A stretch of 45,653 nucleotides of DNA from a virus, in the IMG/VR virus record IMGVR_UViG_3300044498_000033, positions 1 through 45,653 of that record. The stretch is one strand, 5' to 3'. Positions 17,408-26,326 of the stretch are shown one piece after another. The notes beneath the pieces are model-generated. The model was not told the DNA's origin. It made no database searches and saw nothing but the letters and a program-made list of their open reading frames with translations. Position 1 is the stretch's first letter, and each line of letters starts with the position of its first letter. A program made the position numbers and the translations under genes.

Positions 17408-17973
17408 GAGGCCCCCCTGAATCGTGCGACCCCAACCCCTCGGGGCGTCTCAAATAGCGTCCACGGCGTGATCACGCCGTCATCGACCAGCTTCTGCATG
17501 TCGTGGATGAGTTGCGCATGGCCCGGATACCCGCACGGCGTCGTGTCATGGAGCACCACCACCGCCTTGTTACTCGCCCACGTGGCGAAGTACCGGATCT
17601 CCGGCCCGCGCAACACGAACTCGGAATCGGCGAACACGAGATCCACCGGCCCATCTGGCACATACGTGAGCGAGGACGCCGCCCAGACCGTCATCGGGAG
17701 GCCATTGGCCCGCGCCTGCACGCTGTCTGCTCGCGCCGGCACCGGCTCACACGTCACAAGCCGCCCGCGGCCTTCCGCCTTCAGCGCCTCAGCGATGGCC
17801 ACGGCCGTATCGCCCAGGTAACTGCCGGTCTCAATCACCAGATCCGGTTTCACCATCGCGACGAGCGCGGCGATCCAACTCGTGACCGCTGTTTCCGTCG
17901 CGTAGTCGTCGCGAGCGGCCCATCGCTCGGGTTCCGGACAGGCCGGCCGGCGATGGACCGTCTCGCGACGCAT
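17404..17973 (-). CDS. Class I SAM-dependent methyltransferase (O-methyltransferase / Methyltransf_24-like)
   Basis: DLVIETGSYLGDTAVAIAEAL (motif I), RLVTCE, VDLVFADS. Confidence 0.65.
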   Translation of the reverse strand: MRRETVHRRPACPEPERWAARDDYATETAVTSWIAALVAMVKPDLVIETGSYLGDTAVAIAEALKAEGRGRLVTCEPVPARADSVQARANGLPMTVWAASSLTYVPDGPVDLVFADSEFVLRGPEIRYFATWASNKAVVVLHDTTPCGYPGHAQLIHDMQKLVDDGVITPWTLFETPRGVGVARFRGAS

Positions 17974-17982
17974 CTGTGTGGT

Positions 17983-18399
17983 CTAGCTCTCGGCTCCGAC
18001 GTACCGGACGTAGCCGTAGATGTGAACCGTGATGTCGTCGGGCGCCGTGGTGGACCCGGTCGTCGCGTCAATCGTCAGGTTCGACCCTGCCGCCACGCGC
18101 TTACCGGAAAACTCACCCGCATCCGCCGCCACCGCCGTGCTCACGCTGTCATCGGCCACGAGCGTGATCGCCGCCGCCAGAATCGAGGTGCCGTCGTCCT
18201 CGATGTCGAGCGTCGCCGCCACCGCGCCCGCCACGTCGCAGTAGGTGCGCACGTGCGTGATGTACCAGTCCTCGTCGGCCGGCACGTCCAGCTCGAAGAT
18301 TTCGAGATCCGTCTGGCTCGTGGCGACCGTGTCCTTGTGGACGCTGACCAAGAGGCCCTGCGCCCCGTAGACCGGACCGCTATGGGAGGTCTTTGCCAT
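17983..18399 (-). CDS. Capsid-proximal hypothetical protein (138 aa)
   Basis: ORF directly downstream of the major capsid gene; acidic, beta-rich. Confidence 0.6.
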   Translation of the reverse strand: MAKTSHSGPVYGAQGLLVSVHKDTVATSQTDLEIFELDVPADEDWYITHVRTYCDVAGAVAATLDIEDDGTSILAAAITLVADDSVSTAVAADAGEFSGKRVAAGSNLTIDATTGSTTAPDDITVHIYGYVRYVGAES

Positions 18400-18408
18400 G
18401 TCTCCCCC

Positions 18409-19326
18409 TTAGGCTCCGGGCGAACCGACCACACCCTGGTACTGGATCGCGCCCCACGACTGCCGGAAGCCGGCCGAGTACAGCCGGTTCTTCGAGCGGT
18501 CCACCGTGACCGGCGCATCCATCGCAACCGCCTTGCGGACAATCGTCAGGAGGCCGTGCATCTGGTTCTTCGCCACGATGCGCCACGAGTCGGTGTCGGC
18601 GATGTACGGGTTCACCACCACGTCGATCTGGTAGTTCGCCTTGATCGCGTTGATGTCGTTGTCGGCCGAGCCGTTGATGTTCGTGCTCTTGACGATGCGG
18701 GTCGCCAGGAACTCCAGCGCGGGCGGGACTTCGAGGAACCAGCCCGAGGGCGGCTCCATAAAGAAGCCTTCGGCCGACTTGCCGTCCGTTCGGGCTAAGG
18801 TCAGCGCCGTTTCCAGCGCCGTGCGGGACAGGTCCGCCGAGACCAGATTCGACGCCGTGCCGCCGGTCAGGACCACATGCGAGGCCGAGTAGATCGGCTG
18901 GCCGTCGGGGGTCGTTTCCACGCCGCCCGAGAAGCCCTGGCCAATCAGCCGCGCCGCGTACGTCTCCTGCGCCACCCGCAAGGCCATCCGCAGACCCCGC
19001 GCGTAGTTCTTGATCACGCTGAACTCGTCGTCATCGGCCGCCTCTTCCGTTACCTCGAAGCCCAGACGCCACTTGAGGTGGGTCAGATCCTTCGGGGAGC
19101 CCGGCGTGAGGTTCTGGGTTGTGAGGTCGTCACCTTCCGAGAGCGGGCTGGGTGACGTAAACGCCGCGTAGTCCTGGTATCGCTCGAACTTGCGCGTGGA
19201 CGTCTCGGTCCGGAAATACTTCTTCCAGATCGGCGGGATGTCCTTGAGGGTCTCTTCTGCGACCGAGAATACGACCTTATCTACGTTGTCGTATAAACCC
19301 GGAAAAGTGCCGCGTGCTTGGGCCAT
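18409..19326 (-). CDS. Major capsid protein (HK97-fold type)
   Basis: 305 aa, downstream of the scaffold; pattern RKFERYQ..LGFEVTEEAADDDEF..NPYI typical of phage major head proteins. Confidence 0.7.
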   Translation of the reverse strand: MAQARGTFPGLYDNVDKVVFSVAEETLKDIPPIWKKYFRTETSTRKFERYQDYAAFTSPSPLSEGDDLTTQNLTPGSPKDLTHLKWRLGFEVTEEAADDDEFSVIKNYARGLRMALRVAQETYAARLIGQGFSGGVETTPDGQPIYSASHVVLTGGTASNLVSADLSRTALETALTLARTDGKSAEGFFMEPPSGWFLEVPPALEFLATRIVKSTNINGSADNDINAIKANYQIDVVVNPYIADTDSWRIVAKNQMHGLLTIVRKAVAMDAPVTVDRSKNRLYSAGFRQSWGAIQYQGVVGSPGA

Positions 19327-19335
19327 GGAATCGTC

Positions 19336-19812
19336 CTAGTTCTTGTAAATGCCCGTGGTGCTGGGCATAAACGTGAACGCAACGCGGCCGTTCACATCGC
19401 CGACGGGATCGACCAGTTCGGTCACCGTCACGCAGGCATTGGTCGTATCCGACGTGTCCACACGCCAGATCAGGTTGGTGGTGTCGTAGACGACGGCGTA
19501 GTTGGTGCCAATCAAGCCGGCCGCGAGCGTGCCCGAGTCCTGAATGTGGCCGACAAACTCGGCGCCGTTCTCGGCCATGCACACGAGCCGAGGCGTGCCG
19601 GTGACGGCCGAGGCCGCCTCCGCCGCAATGCCGAGAATGAGCGCGACCGGATCAGCGCCCGCTTCCTCGACTTCCTCTTTCGCCGTCGCGTCCTGCACGA
19701 CGATCGCGCCCAGGCGGTACGTCTGAGACGCCTCTTCCTCGAAGTTCCGGAACCGGTGATTCCCCCGGTACGGACGGATGTAACTGTTGGTGCTAACTGA
19801 AATGGTGGCCAC
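19336..19812 (-). CDS. Head decoration-like / capsid-associated protein (158 aa from GTG 19812)
   Basis: GTG preceded by AAAGGGGAGG, 5 nt upstream; the ORF-track start at 19890 lacks an SD; sits immediately before the capsid gene. Confidence 0.45.
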   Translation of the reverse strand: MATISVSTNSYIRPYRGNHRFRNFEEEASQTYRLGAIVVQDATAKEEVEEAGADPVALILGIAAEAASAVTGTPRLVCMAENGAEFVGHIQDSGTLAAGLIGTNYAVVYDTTNLIWRVDTSDTTNACVTVTELVDPVGDVNGRVAFTFMPSTTGIYKN

Positions 19813-20060
19813 AGGGCCTCCCCTTTCCAAAGACAGGGTTGTCGTTTGGATCGGCTCGTTGCCGCCGCTGGTGGGTCCGAAACGCCCCACCGGGGCCGAG
19901 CGGTTGGATAACGCCCCAACCGGGAGGCGAGTGCATCAGGTCCGAGGAGCCGACAGGGCGCGAGACCTGATGAGATCGCGCGCTGTCCGATCGCCGAAAG
20001 CTCACCTCGTCGGCGGCGAGGGTGTTACAGATTCAGAATACGGCCACTGTCAAGAAAAAA
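19813..20060 (-). promoter_or_regulatory. 248-nt structured intergenic leader with a consensus -35 box
   Basis: Minus strand: TTGACA (plus 20048-20053) just after the upstream stop; then four hairpins (CCTCG/CGAGG, ATCAGGTC/GACCTGAT, CGGTTGG/CCAACCG, GGTGGG/CCCACC). Confidence 0.4.
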
Positions 20061-20588
20061 TCAGTCGCGCGCCTGCTGGCCTGGCTCGTACCGGTCCTTC
20101 CCGATCTCGTGCTCCAGCACTTCCATCCCCGAGCCCATCACCTGATCGGCCGCGTCGTTCATGCCCTGCTGCGAGGCCAGATTCGCCGCCGCCTGCCGCA
20201 TGTGCTTCGAGGACTTCATGCGCTTATCCGACACGTCCTCGCGGGACTTGAGGATCTGCTTGTACACCGCGCTCGGCATCTTGAGCAGAATCGCCCCATC
20301 GGCCCGTACGACCTTGCCGTCCTTGGCGAACATCGAGCCCTGCGGCAACCCGCCCGCAATGTCGGCCGGCGCCACATCTTCCCAGCCCTTTTCTTCCGTC
20401 ACGTCGAAGTACCGGCCGTCGATTTCGGGATTCACCCAGCGGGTGACCATCGGTTCTTCCTGCTTGACCAGCCGCACGTCGCCCACGCGCACGTTGTTCC
20501 GCTGCCCGCCCTGAATACGCCGCTGCCGCACCGCAATCGGGCCGGTGCCCTCCACCGTTGGAGCCGTTGTGCCTTTCGGTCTCGCCAT
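20061..20588 (-). CDS. Hypothetical head-module protein (175 aa)
   Basis: ORF between the scaffold and the capsid block; no recognised motif. Confidence 0.6.
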   Translation of the reverse strand: MARPKGTTAPTVEGTGPIAVRQRRIQGGQRNNVRVGDVRLVKQEEPMVTRWVNPEIDGRYFDVTEEKGWEDVAPADIAGGLPQGSMFAKDGKVVRADGAILLKMPSAVYKQILKSREDVSDKRMKSSKHMRQAAANLASQQGMNDAADQVMGSGMEVLEHEIGKDRYEPGQQARD

Positions 20589-20592
20589 GTGC

Positions 20593-21492
20593 TCAGTCCT
20601 CCAACTTCAGGCCGCCGCGGGCCTTGCCGCTGTTGATTTGATCGAGAGACGCCGCAGCGCGCTGCCAGGTCTCGGTGGAGATCCCCACGTTCCGCGCAAT
20701 CGCTGTCTCGCGGTCGGTGAGCGGCGTCTTGCCGGGCCGCGCGCCAGGTGTCTCAGTGAATACCGGCGTCGGCGGCGTCGGCGTGATGGTGTGCTGCGGC
20801 GTCGGCTGACGCCCCTGCAGCTTCGCCGCCCGCTGCTGCAGGTCCATGAACCCGATCGCGGCAATGAGCGCCGTGGGAGCCGTCTCGGGGTTCGTGAACG
20901 TGTCCGGGCTCTTGGTGAGGATGTCATCCAGCACCGGGCCGATCTCGTCGCCGTAGCCCAGCGCTTTGGCCGCCTGAAAGGCTTCGTCGCGCTTGGCCTT
21001 GGCGGCAATCGTCGTCGCCTGCTGCTGCACCGGCTTGACCGCTTTCTCAACCACGGTATCGGCAATCTTCTGCGCCGTCGCAATCATGCGGCCGTGATAA
21101 CGCCGCGCGGCGTCGAGATTCGGCTGGCCCTGCGCGTCGTACAGGGCGAGTTCCAGCGCAATCTCGCGCGCATCGGTGTCGGAAATCTTCGGCCCCTTCT
21201 CGGGGGCAGGTTCGTTGGACAAGAGCTGCGCCAAGAGGTCAGGCCGTGACCGGAGCGCCTCACCCACGGGCGCAAACGCATCCGTGGCTTGCCTGAGCGA
21301 TGAAATCTCCCGCTCCAGGTTCTGCCGGCGCCCGCGTTCCTCTTGCAAAGCCGACAGCGGCACAGTTTTATTCTCCGGCTCCGTCTGAGGTGTCCCAGGA
21401 TCAGGCGGGTCAGACGAAGCCGGAGCCGGCTCGGGCGGGGCGGCGGGCACAATCGTTTCGGGGGATTCTGACGGGGCAACTTCAGGCGGCAT
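20593..21492 (-). CDS. Scaffolding protein
   Basis: ATG 21492 preceded by GAGGA; Pro/Glu-rich N-terminus, helical Ala/Gln/Lys-rich body, about 300 aa, between portal and capsid. Confidence 0.55.
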   Translation of the reverse strand: MPPEVAPSESPETIVPAAPPEPAPASSDPPDPGTPQTEPENKTVPLSALQEERGRRQNLEREISSLRQATDAFAPVGEALRSRPDLLAQLLSNEPAPEKGPKISDTDAREIALELALYDAQGQPNLDAARRYHGRMIATAQKIADTVVEKAVKPVQQQATTIAAKAKRDEAFQAAKALGYGDEIGPVLDDILTKSPDTFTNPETAPTALIAAIGFMDLQQRAAKLQGRQPTPQHTITPTPPTPVFTETPGARPGKTPLTDRETAIARNVGISTETWQRAAASLDQINSGKARGGLKLED

Positions 21493-21796
21493 GGTCCTCA
21501 CTCACGACGCCGATGATGGCGTCAAACGGCAGGGACCAGAGCAGTTCCCCCTGCCAGTCAAACTCGTGGTACACCGCGCCCGGCTGAAAGGCGACATGCT
21601 GGCCAATCGCCAACTCGCCCTCCACTTGCGACCGGCATTCGCGGCAGAGCGTCTTGCCAAGCGCCACAATCACGCCCGAGGTCGGCTTCTCGGTCTCGCG
21701 GAAGTCGGTGTCCGGGATGATGATGGCCGAGGGTTCCGGCTCGGGGATGGCATCGGGGCGGATGAACACGCGGGGGCCGATGGGGCGGAGCGTCAT
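21482..21796 (-). CDS. GroES/Cpn10-like co-chaperonin
   Basis: MTLRPIGPRVFIRP..SAIIIPDT..EKPTSGVIVALGKT..IGQHVAF..DAIIGVV aligns by eye with GroES MNIRPLHDRVIVK..GGIVLTGS..GEVLAVGNG..VGDIVIF..SDILAIV. Confidence 0.7.
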   Translation of the reverse strand: MTLRPIGPRVFIRPDAIPEPEPSAIIIPDTDFRETEKPTSGVIVALGKTLCRECRSQVEGELAIGQHVAFQPGAVYHEFDWQGELLWSLPFDAIIGVVSEDHAA

Positions 21797-22053
21797 ACCG
21801 GCTCGGCTCCTGTCGCCTGCTGGATCGCTGCGGGTTCATGCTGAGCAGGCTTCGGCTTCGGTCGCCCAAACAGCACCCAGCCCAGCCGCGCCCGAAACGA
21901 CATCGACATAAAGCCTTCGACATGCGCCGCGAACTGCTCCACGCCGCGATTGATCGTGGCCTGCCGCTCCATCTGCGAGGCGATGTACTGCGCGGTGCTC
22001 TGGATCGCCTGCTCGTGCCCGCTGAGCGCGCGGATGATCGTGGCGTCCTTCAT
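21793..22053 (-). CDS. Hypothetical protein (86 aa)
   Basis: ORF track; 4-nt overlaps with both neighbours. Confidence 0.55.
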   Translation of the reverse strand: MKDATIIRALSGHEQAIQSTAQYIASQMERQATINRGVEQFAAHVEGFMSMSFRARLGWVLFGRPKPKPAQHEPAAIQQATGAEPV

Positions 22054-22355
22054 GCCCGCCTCGGCGACATCGCCACGGGCTCACGAGACGCCGCCAACTC
22101 ACTCAACTTCTTCAGCCGCACCTCGGGAATCTTCAAGACTTCCAAGGACGCCGCCCGAGCCACCATCACGTCGCGGATGGCCTGACGCTGGACTTCGGCC
22201 GAATCCTGCCCGCCGAGTGTTCGCGCGATGTGGTCCAGCGTGGCCTCCGGCGCCCGGCCGGCCTGCACAAACGCCGACACAATGCGCCAGCCCTCAGACT
22301 GCGCCAAGGCTTCTAGCGCCTCGCGCTCGGCGATCTCCGGCTCGGTGAGGCTCAT
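22050..22355 (-). CDS. Hypothetical protein (101 aa)
   Basis: Start reassigned to ATG 22353-22355, an ATGA overlap with the stop of 22352..22693. Confidence 0.55.
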   Translation of the reverse strand: MSLTEPEIAEREALEALAQSEGWRIVSAFVQAGRAPEATLDHIARTLGGQDSAEVQRQAIRDVMVARAASLEVLKIPEVRLKKLSELAASREPVAMSPRRA

Positions 22356-22693
22356 GCGGATTTCCTTGCGTCCAACTGCGCCAACATGCCGTCGAACGCG
22401 GCCTTCTTGCCGGCCGTGTAGCCTAGATCGGTGCCGACCTTCAGCCCGACGCGCTGGCCGGCATCGTAGCCAGCCTTCCACGCCGAGCCGCGGGCGTGGA
22501 GCAGCTTGCGGTCGAACGATGTCGCCGCGAACCCATGCACCAACGCCGCATAGCCATTCCGAAACGCCCCGACAATCAAATTGAGCGGAATCGGCATCGC
22601 CACGCAACCGTTGCGAGTCGCCCACGGCCGATACGCCACGCCGTACCCACGCGGGATCTCGCCGCCTTCTTCGATGTCGATCCTGAACTTCAT
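22352..22693 (-). CDS. Hypothetical protein (113 aa)
   Basis: ORF track; follows the portal gene. Confidence 0.55.
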   Translation of the reverse strand: MKFRIDIEEGGEIPRGYGVAYRPWATRNGCVAMPIPLNLIVGAFRNGYAALVHGFAATSFDRKLLHARGSAWKAGYDAGQRVGLKVGTDLGYTAGKKAAFDGMLAQLDARKSA

Positions 22694-22721
22694 CTGAACC
22701 CCTTCAGATTGAAACGTGCGG

Positions 22722-24749
22722 TTACATCACACCCGGCGGCTGATCGACCGGCGGGGCCGGGACAGGCGGGAGGGCTCCCGGCATCGGCCCGCCTGCACCT
22801 CCAGCCCCGCCGACCATCTGCAAGAGGCCACTGAGCATCGGGCTCATCGCGCCCGCGCCCATCTCGGGCTGCGCCCCCGTCGGCCCCAAGAGCTTCGCAA
22901 ACTCGGCCTGCAAATCGCGCATGTCGTAGAGCCGGAGTGCGGATTCCATCAGCTTGATCCCAATCCGCGGGTTCATCTGCATCATCTGCGCCAGCTGCGG
23001 CGACATCTGCAAGATGGCCGGCAGCGCCTGCGAGATAAAGACCGAGAACTCCTGCCGCTGGATCTGCTTGTCGGCGGTTTCCGTGCTCCCGGCCGGCTTG
23101 AACCGGAACGAACCACGGAGATCGGCCGCCTTGAACGCAAACGGCCCATCTTCGGGGAGCTGAATCCCGCGCCGCTCCAAATCCAGCGCCTGTGTCCCTT
23201 TGGCGGGATACCGGCCGAGTAGTTCGTTCTGCTCGAGCGCGCGAATCCAGAAGGCGTTATTGAGCAGATACAAATCTTCCAGGCTTTCGCGGAGGTGCAT
23301 GATCGCATCCTCCACGCGCACATAGGCCGCCTGCGCCACGATCGACGCGCCTGTGGCCGTCTGACCGCTCGTGGGCTTGACGCCTGAGACCGCCTGATCG
23401 CCGATGCCCGTCACGCGCTCGGCCGCCCCCAGCGTCTCCGTGACAATCCACTGCGCCGAGGCCGGCACGTCCGGGACAATCAGCGGCTTCAGGTCGTCAT
23501 GGTCCGTGACGGTGAGCAAGGCGCCAGGCGCCCACGGTTCTTCGTCAGGTTCGTACACGCTGTTCTTCCGCCGCGTCATCGGGGCCTTGGTGGCCAAGGC
23601 TGACCGATCCGCGATCATGTTCCGCTGCGCCGTGTGGGCGTCGGCAATCGTCCACAGCTTGTGCAACAGGAACGAATAGCCCCACACGCTATCGGGCCGC
23701 GGGAACGGCACGAAGTTGATAAACCGCGAACTCGGAATCGGATCGTAGGCGACCCGGAGCAGCACTTGATGGCGCAGGCTCAGGCAGACATACAGCCACT
23801 CATCGACCCCGTCGCCGTCGATGTCGTAGAGCACCTGGCCTTCCCAGAGTTCCTTTTCGGCTGTCTGATCTTCACGGGACTGCACCACGACGCTTTGCCG
23901 GGCGTGCTCGGCCCGTTGGTCGCGCTCGCTGTCCTTGCCAATCTTGGCGACCGCGTCCTTGTCGTAGAGTTTGTCATCCACGCGGGCTTCGAGGTCCGAC
24001 AGCCGCACCCAGCACCGCTTGAACCGGCCGAATACCTCGTCCTCGGACTTGGCGTGCGCCGGCAGGAACTGGAAATCCTTGCTGTTGATCAGCCGATAGG
24101 CCGGGCCATTCGCATACGGGCCGATGGCTGATTCCCGGATGACCTCGACCCGCGGCTGGCGTTCGTCGCCCTGCCACGGCACGAGCCGCCCAGCTTCGTC
24201 TTTCTCGGGCGTCATCTCGCCTTCGGCGTCCAGCTCCGCCCCACCAAAGGCATCGCCCTTCGCCTTCGCCATGAACTGATCGCGCAGCTTGTGCGTCCGG
24301 TAGGCGTCACAGACTTCCAGAATGCCGTTCTGTTCAATCAAGGCCACGTGGATGGCCTTGGCAATGATCGACTGCAGCCGCGTATCTTCGAGCTTCCACT
24401 GGTGGAACGCTTCCACCTTCGCGCAGCGCTCGTCTGTCTCGCCCCAGCCTTCGACGTAACAGACCGGATCAGGCCCGAACAGGATCTTCATGAACCGGGC
24501 CTTCAGCGCGTCCACCTTCTCGGTCGGCAGATACGAGGCCAGGTCCGCCGCCCCCGGCCACGCGCCAGGCCGTGACCGCTGTGCCTGCTCATAGAGCCCG
24601 TGCGCGATGTCGTACAGCCCGCCGTCTTTCACGAACTCGTGACGGGCTTCTTCGGCTTGTTCGAGATGTTCCACGAGGAACTGCGTAAGCGCCTGCTTCC
24701 TCTCGGGCGAGAGGCGCGGCACCATCGCGTCTTGGGGGGCTCGGGGCAA
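22722..24749 (-). CDS. Portal protein
   Basis: 675 aa, immediately downstream of the large terminase; Gly/Met/Pro-rich flexible C-terminus. Confidence 0.7.
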   Translation of the reverse strand: MPRAPQDAMVPRLSPERKQALTQFLVEHLEQAEEARHEFVKDGGLYDIAHGLYEQAQRSRPGAWPGAADLASYLPTEKVDALKARFMKILFGPDPVCYVEGWGETDERCAKVEAFHQWKLEDTRLQSIIAKAIHVALIEQNGILEVCDAYRTHKLRDQFMAKAKGDAFGGAELDAEGEMTPEKDEAGRLVPWQGDERQPRVEVIRESAIGPYANGPAYRLINSKDFQFLPAHAKSEDEVFGRFKRCWVRLSDLEARVDDKLYDKDAVAKIGKDSERDQRAEHARQSVVVQSREDQTAEKELWEGQVLYDIDGDGVDEWLYVCLSLRHQVLLRVAYDPIPSSRFINFVPFPRPDSVWGYSFLLHKLWTIADAHTAQRNMIADRSALATKAPMTRRKNSVYEPDEEPWAPGALLTVTDHDDLKPLIVPDVPASAQWIVTETLGAAERVTGIGDQAVSGVKPTSGQTATGASIVAQAAYVRVEDAIMHLRESLEDLYLLNNAFWIRALEQNELLGRYPAKGTQALDLERRGIQLPEDGPFAFKAADLRGSFRFKPAGSTETADKQIQRQEFSVFISQALPAILQMSPQLAQMMQMNPRIGIKLMESALRLYDMRDLQAEFAKLLGPTGAQPEMGAGAMSPMLSGLLQMVGGAGGAGGPMPGALPPVPAPPVDQPPGVM

Positions 24750-24778
24750 GGCTTGTTCTAGTTTACCCCCGTTGTCAA

Positions 24779-24837
24779 TACGTCAAAGACCGTAACGCAT
24801 TATGTGAAACACGGTATGGGTGACGGTGTTTGACGTA
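24779..24837. promoter_or_regulatory. 15-nt inverted repeat (14/15 match) in the terminase-portal spacer
   Basis: tacgtcaaagaccgt (24779-24793) pairs with acggtgtttgacgta (24823-24837) in a locally AT-richer spacer; TTGACG/TTGACA boxes on the minus strand. Confidence 0.5.
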
Positions 24838-24838
24838 A

Positions 24839-26326
24839 TCAGTAGCCGCCGCGGCCGGCCACCTGGCGCACCGGCCGATCGTCGTCGTCCCGCTGCGCCC
24901 GCCGAATCGCCGCCCGCTCGGCCTTCTTCTGGCTCTGCTGCGTGGGCTGGGCCGGGGCGAACGCGATCGTCGCGTACTCCTCGGTATTCTGGTAATGGTC
25001 GTAGTAGCCGTCTTTCTTCGGGCGCCGGATGCCGGCCGCCATGCCAATCACGGCCCGCGTGTCCCAGACGTAACCCGCCTCATACCCATCGACCGCAAAC
25101 GTCGTCCACTGCGGCCCCTTGGCCGTCAGCACCACCGCCCGCGGGTGAATGAGGAACGCGGGCTTGCCGTCGAAGGCGAACCGCCGCATCTGCTGGCTCT
25201 GGTTCTGAATCGCCTGATAGCGAATCTCGGGCCGGTTGGCTGACAACATGCGCTCGTCCACGATGGGATGCACGCCATGTTCAGCCAAGATGTCCCTGAC
25301 CTTGGACACCGACACGCCCTGGTTCGTGATGTCCAGCCCAGCGGGGTCGCCGGTCGTGTAGATGGTCAGCGGGTTCGGGCACCACTCGGCCCGGTAGCGC
25401 AAGGCCGCCGGCACGAAGTCCTCCAGAAACATGTTCTCGCCCATGACCGCGCCCAAGACCTGCAGCCGGCCAATCGTGAGGTACTGCCGCCAGCTCACGC
25501 ACGGATGCCCGTGCCCAAAGTCCCACGACTCAATCAGCGGCGTGTGCCGGTCGATCGCCACGTCCTCGCTCACGTGCAGATGCCGGTGGAAGTAGCCCGC
25601 GTACACCGCCTCGCCTTGAATCGCCAGGCCGCGCCGGCCCTCGAGCAGCGTGCGCCGCTGCGCGGACCCCACCGGGTACGCCGCCTCAAGCTGTTCGATA
25701 TAGCCCGGCGGCAGGTTCTCCCGGTTCTCGTAGCAGTTCGTGCGGATGTAGTGATACATCGGGTCGGGATTGGTTTCGGGAAAGAGCTTGGCGATCCAGT
25801 GGTCTTGATTGACCGGCTGCGGCGTGTACCAGAGCGAATGCGGATAGCCCTGCTGCGAGAGTCGGCCGACCAACTCCCCATGCCAGCCTGACGGCAATTC
25901 CTCGGCCTGCTCGATGTGGATGTGGCCCAGGTTCAAGCCGCGCACCTTCGCGTAGGGCCTGGCTGTGTCCGCGCTCCGTAACCCGCGCAGGTACACCCGT
26001 GCCCGGTGGCCGCTGACTCCCACCGGCCCGTTCACGACCTCGTCATAGCCCTCAGACGAGTTCCACGCGAGCTGCAACCCGTGCGCCTCGGCGAAACTCC
26101 GCCACCGCGGCGCCAACTCGCCGAACGTGTCCTCATCGGTGTAGCGGCTCATCAAGCAGTCAATGCCTGGATGCTGATTGATCAGCACGTACGCCTTGAT
26201 GTGCGCGGCGGTGGACTTACTGCCGCGGAGCCCGCCTTCGATATCGACGTACGGCGCTGACGACTGGATCGCCTCAGTCTGAGGCCGCGTCAGCTTCAGG
26301 TTGACGACGGGCCTACCCGTGGCCAT
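24839..26326 (-). CDS. terL: Terminase large subunit
   Basis: Walker A-like GGLRGSKST, Walker B-like LGHIHIEQAEE, C-terminal nuclease region SWDFGHGHP; follows the small terminase. Confidence 0.85.
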   Translation of the reverse strand: MATGRPVVNLKLTRPQTEAIQSSAPYVDIEGGLRGSKSTAAHIKAYVLINQHPGIDCLMSRYTDEDTFGELAPRWRSFAEAHGLQLAWNSSEGYDEVVNGPVGVSGHRARVYLRGLRSADTARPYAKVRGLNLGHIHIEQAEELPSGWHGELVGRLSQQGYPHSLWYTPQPVNQDHWIAKLFPETNPDPMYHYIRTNCYENRENLPPGYIEQLEAAYPVGSAQRRTLLEGRRGLAIQGEAVYAGYFHRHLHVSEDVAIDRHTPLIESWDFGHGHPCVSWRQYLTIGRLQVLGAVMGENMFLEDFVPAALRYRAEWCPNPLTIYTTGDPAGLDITNQGVSVSKVRDILAEHGVHPIVDERMLSANRPEIRYQAIQNQSQQMRRFAFDGKPAFLIHPRAVVLTAKGPQWTTFAVDGYEAGYVWDTRAVIGMAAGIRRPKKDGYYDHYQNTEEYATIAFAPAQPTQQSQKKAERAAIRRAQRDDDDRPVRQVAGRGGY

